Below the pieces are notes generated by a model. It did not search any database. It was given only the letters and a program-made list of their open reading frames with translations, and was not told the DNA's origin. Source: Schmidtea nova (taxonomy: Eukaryota). From it: a DNA stretch of 64,000 nt. The position numbers and the translations under genes are program-made. How positions within the stretch are numbered: the stretch's first letter is position 1; each line of letters begins with the position of its first letter. The DNA is taken from contig CM097882.1 of assembly GCA_044892505.1 (NCBI GenBank), forward strand, positions 522,164,001 to 522,228,000. Direction: 5' to 3'. This document shows positions 13,465 through 26,629 of the stretch, one piece after another.

Positions 13465-14433
13465 GAAATACACTTGATAAAGGCTGTGCCAGAATATATA
13501 ATAAATACGTCCGCTGTTATCTAAATCTACTACTGATAGTTATCAGTAGATGAATCCTTAGAAATTATAAATAAACCTTCTCTATCTATCGCCATCCATA
13601 TCTAATTTTATTTAAATTCAAAAAAGGCGACCTTTATTTGACAGGCTTCATATGGAGCTAATTAATGCATATAAAATTTATATAGTAGGGAGATATAAAC
13701 AACACAGAATAAGCAACGTTGCCAAAAACCACTCAAAATAATGATTATTATTTTGAAAATTTATCAAAAGACTAACATTCGAGAAGAATGAACGAGATTT
13801 TGATTGGTTTGTAAATAAATGATTAGAAGATGTTAAAATTATTGTAATTATACTACTTACTTTTAGTAGTATTATAATAATAACTAAAATTACGTAGATT
13901 TAGATATGAATAGGGCGGGCGGACAGTGTCATATAACTTTTGTCGGTATTTTATGCATTATAAAAATAATAAAAATTCAATCAATTTTACAGCTGACTTG
14001 AATTTAATCATTCTTTTTTTAAAAACTCACTTTGATGACTTGGTCTTTCACCCTATAGTACCCATTTTTATTTGTGAAAAATTAAAGAAAATATATTAGT
14101 AAAATGCATTGAAACAGTATGGACACTAAACTATAAGAATAATTTATCATGTAATATTAGCATTGTATAAATTATGCCTAATATGGTATAACACGAATTA
14201 TGATGATTTCTTACTTACCATTAGCTACAAATATCTTGATCTGGCTTATGCCAAACATGGCCCTATATGCACTGTAAGGTTAAGTAGAAAATTCGCGAAA
14301 ATTAAAGTTAATATCGGAAATAAATATATAATGAAAAAACTGACAAATTTTCAACTGCAAGATGTTAGACAAAAATCAGAGATTATCCCATAAGATGCAG
14401 AACATATAATCAGCTTAAATTATTCAAACCTAC

Positions 14434-14728
14434 CTTAAACGCAAATTGTCCTGAATAGTCATACATCCCGCATGAATGCATCAATGACAGAGTATCTCTG
14501 ACGGCTTCAGAACTCAGTACTTTATCATCAGTCGTAGGGCACAAACCACCATTTGCAAAGGTAGCCGCAATTACACTCATTGATTCACAGTTTGTTTCTA
14601 AAGAGCATAATTGGAAATAAAGATCCAGGATTTCTTGCAAATTAGAACTTTTAGGAAAGCAGCCATTTTCTCTCATATAATATGCAAGAGCATAGTTTCT
14701 GTCAGCAGATGACTTCTCTGACATAAAT
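14434..14728 (-). CDS. GLS: Glutaminase exon ([18 protein letters not shown]...[14 protein letters not shown])
   Basis: AG/GT bounded, 295 nt, phase consistent with neighbours; [13 protein letters not shown] signature. Confidence 0.97.
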
Positions 14729-15733
14729 CTAAATTGAAGACAAAAATGAAAGATTTAAAAACGTAATAAATCTGCTTTAATAATGCTTATAAATTTCAAT
14801 GATCGGTAGAGAACTATCCTTAAATGATAGAGCACAGTTTTCCTAAATATAGACATCCCACCCCGTCCATCAACCGTTCACATCACATTACATATTAAAA
14901 TTATAATTAAAAATAAACAATTTTTCAAATCTTCATTTAACCAGTTCAATACCATGGATGCAGGATAAATCCGGTGAACAAAAATAAATATAATACTTTG
15001 CATGTAGGACTAATTCAGCGGCATAACATTAACTTTTTTATAATGTTTGCTTAGGATTTTTCACTAGCAACTACGTGGAATAAAAAGTATTATAATTATT
15101 TTTGGTCTCCGAATATAATCGGAATTCATTATACTGAACAGGTTAATTATATTCAATTATTCCCTCAATGGTGTACAAAATTATTCGACTAAATATATTG
15201 ATATATTTATTTCGCTGGGTTCGCATAATTCAACGGCTCTTAAATTTAATTCTGATTTTTCGATCCAATTTACAGATTTGAATCATCTTTCCCCGCATGC
15301 TATAACAGAAATTAGTAAAAAATAAACAATGGGAATGTGATTATCTAAATCCTTTTGTATTGACAGACAAAATATGCCACTTGAATGTATTTTGAAATTC
15401 TTCAAGTCGCCTGGATCTCTTTAAAATTTAATAATTTAGTAATAAAAATTTAGTTTCATCTTGCGTCGAATTAATTTCTGTTTGCACTGAAAACTTTGGC
15501 GGAGACTAAAAATGGTAAACATTGATATTTTTATTTTGAAGATAAAAAATATGAAATACAAAATATACATTTAAATTCCCTTCTCTAACATATTCGAAGT
15601 ACAATGAAAACATTTATCAGAGTTAGAGTTCTTGTCACAACTTTTGTTATTTAAAACGTCCATTAATAATTCAAATCCAAATTAAGATTTATTTCTCATA
15701 AAATAATATTAAAACAACTTTTAAGGAGATTTG

Positions 15734-15736
<3 letters not shown>

Positions 15737-15791
<55 letters not shown>
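15737..15791. repeat. (TA)n microsatellite
   Basis: Perfect TA run. Confidence 0.98.
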
Positions 15792-15793
<2 letters not shown>

Positions 15794-16028
15794 CATCGAT
15801 AAAAAATTTTATTGGAAAGAAAATATATTGGTTCTGCGTTTTTCTTCTGTTGTTCGAACTTCATCTTGAATTGTATTTCTTTTCGAATTTGTGCCAGTGC
15901 GTGTTTTGTTGATTCTTAATTTAAATTCTGTTGGATTTTTTTGGTTATTTAAACAATTCTGGTTGTTTGTTATATATAATCATATTTTTAATATATTACA
16001 ATATAAAGATATATATGACGAAGGCACT

Positions 16029-16031
<3 letters not shown>

Positions 16032-16074
<43 letters not shown>

Positions 16075-16082
16075 TATATATA

Positions 16083-16113
<31 letters not shown>
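16032..16113. repeat. (TA)n/(TG) microsatellite
   Basis: TA run with short TG interruptions; source of spurious YI-repeat ORFs. Confidence 0.95.
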
Positions 16114-16116
16114 GTC

Positions 16117-16713
16117 TGTGTTATGGTAAATGTACATTTCCAGGTTAATGTACACATTTACCGGTAAATGTGTAGTTTAACTAAATGGTTAGGTAAATGT
16201 TTGTTATAACATTCATTTACCGATTATTTTTTTACCATATTTACTTTAACCTAGAGGTAATGGTAAAAGTGCAAATTACAATTGATTAGAAAATTTTGAA
16301 GTTAGATTCCGAAATTCCCAACAGATCAAATTACGTTGGAGTAGATAAAATCAATAAATCGCTAACGCAATCTCTTGGGATTTTGTGAAAACAAAACTCT
16401 ATTTAACGAAAAATAAATTCTAAATACTAAATGTTACTTTTAAATGTTAACTTTAGGATTTAATATAATTTAATATTTGGTTTTGAAGGTTTAATATTTG
16501 CTTATGATGATATGTACTATTCCCGGTAAATATACACATTTTTCAATTATTTCTACATTTTCCAAGGACGTAGACATAATGTATACATTTACCGGTAAAT
16601 GTATGTATTATTAATATTTACGAGATGGTAAACCTACATTTGCTTAATCTTGTAGTTAATGTACACATTTACAGACAAATGTATATATTATGACATTTTG
16701 TACTTGAGCCGTA

Positions 16714-16718
<5 letters not shown>
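16117..16718. mobile_element. MITE-like element with TGT...ACA ends inside microsatellite
   Basis: Imperfect TIRs TGTGTTATGG and CCGTAACACA; subterminal repeats TACACATTTACCGGTAAATG near both ends. Confidence 0.55.
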
Positions 16719-16745
<27 letters not shown>

Positions 16746-16758
16746 TCTCAGCAAAGAC

Positions 16759-19700
16759 TCTAGTAAAAATAATTAACGGGTTTTTGAATATTTATTTTTA
16801 TAACATCAACTGCTTATTAAAACAATTGAAATTAAATTAAACAATAATTGAATTAAGCACGTAAATTAAATTAAGCACATCTCCCCGTGATGTCGTCATC
16901 AATATCACTCGTCAGTTCATAGTCATCCAAGTAACGTGGCGGATTTCGTACTCTTATACTTCTACGCACTGAATCGTCAACTTCTAACTCTGCAACCTCG
17001 GTAGTGTGTTGCATTTGTAATTCATCCTCTGTGGAATTCTCTTTTTTACTTATGTCGGAAACATGACGAGGCATACCGCCAATCATAAAATTTGTAGATG
17101 AATTTACTTTTGTCACTCTGCCTTTATTCCACCGAGAAGTACATCTTGCATCAGGAGGTTTTACATAAACCACCTCTCCCACAGTAATCCCGCCTTCTGG
17201 ATCCGTCAAGACATATTCCACTTCATCTGGGTGTCTCCATACGCAATTTAACGTTAGGTAGGAAGGAGACAAGTCCTTATCAACATCGTCTCTTAACGCC
17301 ACATTGAACCAATAAACCATATCCAATGGTTCTCCGCCAGACCGTGCAGCCATACGCTTGATCGTTCTATGTTTCCGCTCGATTACCCCATTTCCAGCAG
17401 GTCGATATGCACATCTGAATATGCGCCTAACCCCCCACTTCTTGCACAGTGAATCCATCGCTCCAGATCGAAAGGATGCAGCGTTATCTACGAGTATTTC
17501 TACTGGTGAACCTCTTTCCCTGAATATCTGCTCTAAATTTCGAATTATGACTCCAACTTCCTCTCCAAATTGCAAATCGACTCAGTCCACAATCGATAAT
17601 TGTTAAATACCTTTTATCCTTATAGTGAGCCACGTCGATCGCGATCCTCTTCCAATTTACCTCGACACCAAGCTTCCCGTGCTTCCATGTAACCGGTGCT
17701 GGATCAATAGATCTGCATTCTACACATTTGATAATGACATCTTGCACGTCCTTTTTAGTAATATTTGGGAATTTTCTCTTAGCAAGATGCAACGTTCTTT
17801 CAGCGCCTAAATGATGAGCATTGTGAGACTTTACTAAGTCATCCATTCTTGTAATTACTACAGATGTTACAGCTTTTACCCAGTACAATCACATCTTAGG
17901 TACTCTCGTTAGTATATCTGTTTTATTCCTCTCTGTAAATACTAACTCTATCGAAAGAGCTAAATTGAAACTATCTTGCAACTCCTCGATTATCTGTATT
18001 CTCCGCTGAATTAACATCTCTGATATTCCGTGTGGACGTACTCTTTCTTGATTGGACAATATAGAGGTAACCCAACTTTTCAGTGGCTGAATCAGTTTTT
18101 ATTAAGATATCTTTCAGGCCCCAAGCTAGACTTACATTTATGCCTTTAATAACGGCATCTAGCTCAGCTACATTAATATGACATACATCAATCTTCTTCC
18201 TCAACCAGGACGCATCTTCAACTACATGACCTCCAATTTCCAAACAAACACCCAAGGGCAAACTAATTGCGTCACACCATACTACACTGTTAAGTTGTTC
18301 TGACACATGCCATTCGCCACGCACCGGGTCGTCTTTGGAAACACGATCAATAGTGTCAGTTAATATCTTTTGCGCAATATGTCCAATTTTAACATCCCAT
18401 TTCTCTCCACTACTGTGACGTTTTATGAAACCACACGCAACTCGCAACCAATTTGCCACTGGATAGTGACCGAGCAATTAACCACAAATTGAAAATAATT
18501 GACGTCTCGACACTTCCTGCCCACTCTTCAAGACAGGAAGCTCATTACCTCTTGTCCAAATCCGATCCATGTTACGCATTGTTATTTGCAATCCTAAATC
18601 TCTTGCATCATCGAACTTCTCTGGATCTTTCACTTTTAACCCATATTTCTGCAAATGATTTATAACATCCGAGACGCAAAATAATGACTTGTCTACTATT
18701 ATGTTGTCTATATAACTATCTGTCGCTTCAGCAATGTCACTTCGTAAACTCAACACCTTTTTCAAAACACTAGACATAATCTTTGGGACTACATTCAACC
18801 CGAATCCCAGTCTAGTCAAATAGTAAAACTTATTGTCATAGCATACCTTTTGATACTTCCAACATTCTTCATCGACATGCAACTGTAAATAAGCATTCTT
18901 TAAGTCGAGCATAATAACATCTCTACCCATCTTTCGCCATTGTCTCAATGACTCTCCACACACGTCACTTTGCCCAGTGTGACTCTTGACGAACTTATTC
19001 AATTCTCGGAAATCCATAACAGGTCGAACTTTATTCCTGTTCGGCTGATCCACTGCCATTAATGGAATCGTACCACCGACGGTTGATTCGGCCGGTACAA
19101 GCCATCCTTCCTCTATCGAACGCCTCATCTCTGCATCAAACGGTGCTTGAATATCGTTTGCCATCTTATAACAAGCAATCTTGTTCCACAATATCGCTGG
19201 TCCAGACTTCCATTTCCATTTGACGACCCATTTCTTGTCGAATCTAGCTTCGAAATCTTCGTCTATAATATTGATGACGCTCGGAGAAGAACTTGCCCCA
19301 GTGACACACTTATCACTCAGCACACATACCTTATCTTTCGAAAATACGACTCCATCTGTACTAATCAGGACACCCCCTAATCTTCCAATAATATCCATGC
19401 CCAGGATCATCTCAATATCGTAAGGTAATCTATACCTTTAATCACCAAGTTTACCAATATATCACAATAACACGACACAGAGGTTCCATTTGCTATCATC
19501 ACCTCATCCGTTCTTCTCAACTGTTTGCTTACCAACGAAGCCAAAACAACAGATCAAAGCATTTGCCTCTCTCCCATCCACTTTAATTGTGATTATTTGC
19601 AACGCCATTACTGGTTCAATGGAGTAGACACCGGCGTTACTGTCACCCCATTGTCGTTTTTTAATTCTTATTTGGACATACTCTAGATATGTGATCGGTG

Positions 19701-20434
19701 CCATTACAAGACCAACACCTTGTACCAAACTTCTTAAAACAACGTTCAGCTACGTGGCCAATCTTATCGCAATGAGTACAACGTCTTACTTTGTTATATA
19801 CAACGTTGACACATTCAATGTCTTGAAATCTCGTATTCATCATTGTCCGTGTTATCTGAACAATTTCCTCCATCGGCATAGTATCAATCTTTGGAGTAGC
19901 CTGCAACAATCTCGACAATTCTTTAGGTAGTCCTACGACAAACGCGTTCCTAACGGAGTTCTCATTTACTCTTGCAAGCTTTGCATGAAATCTTAGATCG
20001 GCCAAAAATACATCCACATATCCTCCAGTCCATCTACAATTTCTCATTTTTTCGTATGATAAAAACATACTTGGAGAAAAAGCTTTTTCCAATGCATCCT
20101 CGATTGCTTCAAAACTAGCCTTGTCCTTTTCTGATAAATGTTCGTAGACGGCATATGCATCGCCTTTCAAAAGAGTAGACATAAAAACTTCTATAGTTTT
20201 TATCTTCAACATCTTTACAATTGATTTGAGTTGAGCAACCAGCTTGCAACATTGCCGGTTCCATCGAATTTTTCCAGATATTTCAAAAACTTCCATCGAT
20301 GACCGCGATAGCTTGTAGTAAAAATTATTAACGAGTTTTTGAATATTTATTTTTATAACATCAACTGCCTATTAAAACAATTGATATTAAATTAAACAAT
20401 AATTAAATTAAGCACGTAAATTAAATTAAGCACA
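16759..20434 (-). mobile_element. Compact LTR retrotransposon D (3.68 kb), 121-bp LTRs, TSD AAGAC
   Basis: Near-identical LTRs at 16759-16879 and 20314-20434 (TGTGCTT...ACTACA); 5-bp TSD AAGAC on both sides; PPT-like GGGGAGA next to the 3' LTR; gag with two knuckles, RT (LDLKNAYLQ, YIDN), RNase H, integrase with HHCC finger; several frameshifts. Confidence 0.93.
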
Positions 20435-20883
20435 AAGACTTCATTCATTCATTCAACACAGTATTCTAGATTTTTAATTAGTTTTAATTAATTTAGTTAG
20501 TTTATTAATTATTAACATATAGTTTTAGTTTAATATCTCAAATTAATATTTATATTTTGAGTTTCACCTTTTTTACTATTTAAGTTTAAACCGTTGATTC
20601 AGACCAATGGCTGAAGACATTTCCTTGCTTTTGCTGCTTAATTTATATAAATAAATTTAAATAAACACTATTTTGTTATAACTGATATGAATATAATATA
20701 ATTTTACTTAAAATTATCTTTGTATGAAGAAGTGAAATATAAAAATTAATATGGCATTTTTTTAAAGATACTCATTTTCTCCTTTGTTACAAAGTGTCAA
20801 ATTTTAATTATTCCCCTCTTTCCAAAAAATAGGATCATTTAACGATAACTCAAATAAGGATTAGGTTAATAAATTTCACTTAC

Positions 20884-21034
20884 ACAGCATTGTTAAATCC
20901 GAGTGTTTCATTGCCACAGATTTTCTTAAATTGACGAAATATATAATCAAATCTTTCCGGCAAATTGAGGTGTTGCTTTATAAGACTGCATATTAAAATG
21001 GCACCCGAATTAATCATTGGATTATGAGGTTTAT
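20884..21034 (-). CDS. GLS: Glutaminase exon (KPHNPMINSGAILICSLIK...LGFNNA)
   Basis: AG acceptor and GTAAGT donor; 151 nt, phase-consistent; KPHNPM.N.GAI signature. Confidence 0.97.
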
Positions 21035-21158
21035 CTAGAAATGATAAAGGATGCATTCACTATTATTAAATAAATAATTCAATTAAACAGATTAAATTAA
21101 GTTTCAATAAAAATTTTTATCCTCCTCTCCATTGATCTTTTTTAAAATTTTCCTTGTA

Positions 21159-21437
21159 CACTTAGTCCTCGATTTGTACGGTTTTGGTTTAACACGATTG
21201 AAGAAATGCGGAAAATTTCTTGTATAGTACACTAGTTTTCAGTTTATAATATCGAAATATAGAAATTTGTAACATGTATTCTTTTACTTAAGATTCAACA
21301 CGCATATATTTTTTCAATAAAATATATATTTAATTACTAATTGTACGGTTTCAATTTACACGATTTCAATTTACACGATTTCGATTTACACGGCATTTTT
21401 GAGGAACCAATCTACCGTGTAGATCGAGGGCTAAGTG
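21159..21437. mobile_element. pogo/Tigger-type MITE (279 bp), TA TSD
   Basis: TIRs CACTTAGTCCTCGAT and ATCGAGGGCTAAGTG, each flanked by TA. Confidence 0.8.
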
Positions 21438-21736
21438 TAGTTCATTTTTTAAAACTATCGATCAATATTTTGTTTGTCACACCGAGTTTTGGCACCGCCT
21501 TTTTCAGAATAAATAAATAAATGAAAAATTATTAAGAATTGATTAAGTTTCTAATTTTCAGTGTATAACTCAGTGTATTTATTTTTGCACATTTGATTTC
21601 TGTTCATTTAACATGTGATACGTCTTAAGGATTATCTAATATATCTTGCAGTATATTTATTGCAATATAAAACATTGAAATTATCAATCTTTAAATATGC
21701 ATAACATTTTGTTATTTCTTCTGCAGAAATATGATT

Positions 21737-22560
21737 CACGTGGTGTGTTCAATAATTGCCTGGAAAACCCCCTAAAAATAATAATCTTTTAACAATATCC
21801 TAGTGAAATCATGATATATTATATAGGTTACAAAAATATAGCTTATTTAATATGCACCTGACGGGAGAGAACATTTTTAATCCAATTGTCAAATTGTGCT
21901 ACATCCTGTTGAGTATCGAAGTATGATTAAATTTTTTGTTTTGCGTTGTGATAACAGTCAGCAAATATTGAATCAGTTGCAGAGCTTATGGAAATAAATC
22001 TTTTCTTGTACCACAATCTAAGATTGGATAAGTCAGTTCAAACATGGTCTCCAGTCAGTGTTAGATGATGAGAAAGTTGGTCATCCTTCTATTATTGCTA
22101 ACCAAAAAATAGAGGAATATTTGCAAATTGAGAAGGAAGAAACGATGAATCACTATCAAGGATATCTCGAAGCGGTTGAGTATCGAAAGTGTGCATGCTA
22201 TTCTAAATGAATCTGGCGTAAAAAAATTGCACCCAGGTTCGCCCAACGTTTCCTTTCCTCTGAAATGTGTGAAAACTGGAAGGAATGCTACCAGCAAGCA
22301 TTTTCATTTTTGAAGAACATAGTGATCAATTCCACGGAAATATCATTACTGTCGATGAAACTCTTTTATCCCTGTATCTTCCTAAAACAAAGCGTGAATC
22401 CAGCGAATGGAAATTTCCTGGAGAAATGAGTTCTAGGAAGATGAGATCTGGAACACATAAATTGCCAGATGTATTGAAGCCGAATGCGGAAAAAATACTA
22501 GTCAATGAATTAAATTGCCATTAGTGTACATCGATCAGTTTGAAATTTGGATGAAATTTA
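21737..22560 (+). pseudogene. mariner transposase remnant
   Basis: Degenerate HTH region (EYRSMIKFF...WISQFKHG...DDEKVGHP) and IITVDETL...KRESSEWK (first D of the DD34D triad); C-terminal half missing; boundaries approximate. Confidence 0.8.
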
Positions 22561-23250
22561 AGATTTATTATTAAAAGAAAATATTAATTTAGCTCAAAAA
22601 GAAAATCACATGAATTCAGTTCAAAAGTATTTTCAATTTGATATCGTGTACAGAATAATTGGATCTGAAATGAAAGGTATTTTTTAGAAAGGAGTAGCAG
22701 AAGAAGGAAATTTAAATGCCAAGATACCAGCTGGTATAAATAAATATGAAACAATCATTAATACTTCTAAAATACAGGATACATTAAATGAAAAATAGGT
22801 CGAGTGTTGGAATTATATTTTAGTAAATCAGGAAACTTTGAACCTACGGATAAGCCTACATTATTTAGATAAACTTGAGTCATTGAAATTCAGATTAATA
22901 TTGATGATTTGAGGCCTAAATCATGACAACAAAAAAACTGGCACAAATTTATAAAAGACAAAAACTTAATGTCACATATATTATTGAAAACAATTATTTG
23001 CTGCATTTTATTTACCTTAAATTTTGAGCAAACTAAGAATAATTCATCCAATCAAGGATTAATAAACATTTCGGTGGAGAATTTTGGTAGGGTTTTGAAG
23101 GTCCTTTGATAGATATTGACAACCCAAATAATGGCAGAGATTTCATTATGAATTTATGTGGTGTAAAATAAATAAACCAAACTTTAATTAATTAAATAAA
23201 ATTAAGATTCTAATAAAATTAAAAAAAAATTTTAAAAATTAATAAAATAA

Positions 23251-23398
23251 NNNNNNNNNNNNNNNNNNNNNNNNNNNNNNNNNNNNNNNNNNNNNNNNNN
23301 NNNNNNNNNNNNNNNNNNNNNNNNNNNNNNNNNNNNNNNNNNNNNNNNNNNNNNNNNNNNNNNNNNNNNNNNNNNNNNNNNNNNNNNNNNNNNNNNNN
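23251..23398. other. Assembly gap (148 N)
   Basis: Run of N. Confidence 1.
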
Positions 23399-23458
23399 AA
23401 TTAAGATTCTAATTAAATAAAATTAACAATTATCTTTTTTCACCTTTGATCTTTTTTT

Positions 23459-23643
23459 ATTATTATTATCAATAATTCTCATAATGATGACTATAGATCA
23501 AAATTTTTTTTATAAACAATAACACAATATTTATCAAGTGTGTATTTCATACAGATTTGATAAAGGCTGTGCCGAAATATTGTTATTGTTTATAAAATAA
23601 TTTTTGATCTATAGTCATCATTATGAGAATTATTGATAATAAT
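23459..23643. repeat. ~185-bp palindromic repeat (hammerhead-bearing family)
   Basis: Arms ATTATCAATAATTCTCATAATGATGACTATAGATC and their reverse complement; left hammerhead partly deleted, right core intact. Confidence 0.85.
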
Positions 23644-24312
23644 TATAAGTACTAATTATAAAAGTTTTTAGTCAAAAATATTACATTTTTTAAACTCTAC
23701 TTATCGTTTATAATTAAAATGACTTGATATGTTCAGCAATATAATTGAAATGGTGTAATATTTTATGCAAAAGTTTAATCCAAAATAATAATTTTAATTT
23801 CATTTTATACTTAAATTTTGTAATGTAACCATGCCAAATAACCCTTCCTTCCTTAAATTTAGCAAACAAATGTTGGCAAATGTTTATTAGCAAATGTCAT
23901 TAGTAAGTCTTTTCTCAGTGTAGCATTTATCTCATTAAAATTTCTGGAAGACCCCTAACTACGACCAGTTCTAGTATATTTTTTGTCTCAATCTTCTCGG
24001 TCGAAATTCATTTCAAATCGATATACATTAAAGCAAACGAAAAATTAAAACAAACAACAAATTTTCATAATTAATTAAAATAAGAAAATTATTATAAATT
24101 CACAATAACTATTGAATTTCTTTTTTAATATATTAAATACCAACATATACTACATAGGCACACGAAATTCCAAGCACTTATCCTACCAGAAGGTTTATAT
24201 AAGCAGAGCTATTAGTATTAGAATTTGTATTCTTAGATTTTATTCTTAGTGTTTGTATTTTACTTTTTTTCATTTTTAGTATTTCATAGTTTTTCTTATG
24301 TGTATTTCATAC

Positions 24313-24344
24313 AGACTTGATAAAGGCTGTGCCGAAATATTGTT
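24313..24344 (+). ncRNA. Putative minimal hammerhead ribozyme (3-bp stem I)
   Basis: GAC-UUGAUAA-A-GGC(UGU)GCC-GAAA-UAUU-GUU. Confidence 0.5.
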
Positions 24345-26465
24345 ATTGTTTATAAAAAAATTTTTTGATCTATAGTCATCATTATGAGAATTATTGATAA
24401 TAATAATAAAATTAAGATTCTAAATAAAATTAATTAATTAAAGTTTGGTTTATTTATTTTACAGTTTATTTATTTTACACCACATTTCATTATGAATTTA
24501 TCTTCAAGCGACAGATTATTATTATCAAAGGAAGTCGAAGAAAAATTAAACTTATAAATTTCACTTTTGACTTTTAATTTGTTGATGCAAACTGATTTAT
24601 TCCAAAAAAATATCACCATTACAATCAAGTTTTCTGACATACTCAAAGCGCCCAATGAAGCATCAAAGCACCTCATATGCAAATTATATACTCACATTGT
24701 TGAACTATTACTTGTTAGGCTGGTCAAAGTCAGAAAAACGGTTTTTCATAGAAAATCATGGTCATTTTCCAAGATAAATATCCGCTACATCCCTGCTAAG
24801 AAATATAATAAACAGATTGCAGTGCATGTAGCAATTACATTTTTTGACCAAGAGGTCAAGCCAACTTTCAATAAGAGGCAGTCAATCACTCAGACAGTTC
24901 AGCTATTTTTGATTTCAATTCTGAAATATTATTAATAATAAATGAAAAAATATATAATATGTTGCTGCAATTTTGTTTTAATTAAAATGCTAGAAATAAT
25001 AATTGTAAGCTTTCCGTTTTTTAACAGGGTAAAATTAACTGCGAAGATTTTCAACGCCTAGTTTGCCATATGTCAAATGTATTTATAAATTTGATGGGGG
25101 TGGTGAATCAGTGGCACAGAATGTATTCTGGTAATGGAGAAATCAGTTGCAAATTTCAAAGACATGGAGTTTGATCTTGAAAGGGATAGTTTTTTTATTA
25201 GGAACTGATAAGATTCAAATAAGCCCAAAATTTTCTGCTTTAAAAAATTTCATTGATTATCATATCGCACTTAATAAAATTGCTAGATGATCCGTGATCA
25301 AATTATATTCTGCCGTTGATCTTCCTATAATGGTTCAGTTCGAAGATATTAGACAAAAAATTAGTCGACTTCTTTTCCATGAGCATCAACGATAGATTGT
25401 GTAACAATGACGATAACATATCATCACGTTCACTACTAAGTTTTCTGACAAGACTGAAAATCTAACTTTTTCTAGAATGAACCAAATTCATCTTGCATTT
25501 TATAATGGACCACTTTCATGTCTCCAGTGTTTGCATTTAACGTTAATGTCTCTCTTATCTTTTTTGTATATTTCTTAATTTCAGCTTTACTTTACATACT
25601 TGAATGATTTCCGCTTCTCTTCGATGACTTCCTTCTTTAATCTTGACCCATGGTCGTAAACGGTGATCTTTTACATAAAACTTTGATGTTTTTAGACTTT
25701 ATACTTGCTTTTTAACAGCACCTATCTAAATTTTGTTTTGATTATTTCTTTAAAACTTGTACTTTGATCAGGATATATTTATTGAATAGATATTAATAAA
25801 TAAATATTCCAATATTCCAAAAGATTAACTCCTTTTTACTTCAAAGATGACTTCTAAATTTTTTAAATTTACTTATAACTTTATGAAAAACTAACAGTTC
25901 GGTTGAGAGGGTGTTTAAAGTCGCCTCTTATAAGGGCGCTCGTTGAGTCGTGTTGCTTTTTCCATATAATACATCAGGGAGATCTTTAATTCTTTATTCT
26001 CTGGGCACAGTCTCATCTAGTTAAGGCCCTAGTAAATATAAGTCAATTTGAGGAAATAATTTATTTTATAAATAATTTTTGTAAATTTTAATCAATTTTA
26101 CAATTTTGTTAATTCTTATGAGGATTTTTTATTGAAACTGTTGACGAGGCTTGGATTAAAGAACTGTATTTTATAAAAAAATATTAAGAATTAAAATCCA
26201 TAAATATAAAAGTATGAGAATAAAATTACAAATTACAAACACTTGACAAAAAGACAGTGCCCAAAATTCGTGTTAAATAATTAAAAATATTTAATTTGTA
26301 ATCTGAAAAAAATAAAGAAAATTGATAATGATACTAATAGACAAATAGTAAAAATGATAAAGGATTTCACTGACATTTCACTAACATTTTAATAATAAAT
26401 TCAAAAGTATTTCGGCAAACATTTAACCGAAAGTGTAGAAATAATATAAAATGATGAAAATTTAC

Positions 26466-26629
26466 TTTCATTGTTCAACGTGAGATGATTGAAAGAAGTG
26501 CCTGACGGTTCATAGCCAACATATTTGTGGAGATTGTACGATCCAATCTCGGTCAACGCGAGAGCATAGTTAATGGGTTTGCTAGTGGACTGCAGGCAAA
26601 AATTGGCCGTTGTATCACCAATATTATAT
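26466..26629 (-). CDS. GLS: Glutaminase exon with catalytic SxxK motif (YNIGDTTANFCLQSTSKPINYALAL...VGYEPSG)
   Basis: AG/GT bounded, 164 nt, phase-consistent; QSTSKP corresponds to the catalytic Ser-x-x-Lys motif. Confidence 0.97.

Larger units (their letters stand above)
23157..24484. mobile_element. TIR-bounded insertion with 16-bp flanking direct repeat, containing hammerhead palindromes
   Basis: Ends TGTGGTGTAAAATAAATAAAC and GTTTATTTATTTTACACCACA; TTTCATTATGAATTTA at both 23141-23156 and 24485-24500; spans an N gap. Confidence 0.7.

Noticed and set aside
15891-16167. YI-repeat ORFs
   Set aside because: They are translations of a (TA)n microsatellite.
25250-25460. Possible RNase H remnant (LITDHLAIL) on the minus strand
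   Set aside because: One short motif amid stops; not enough to call.
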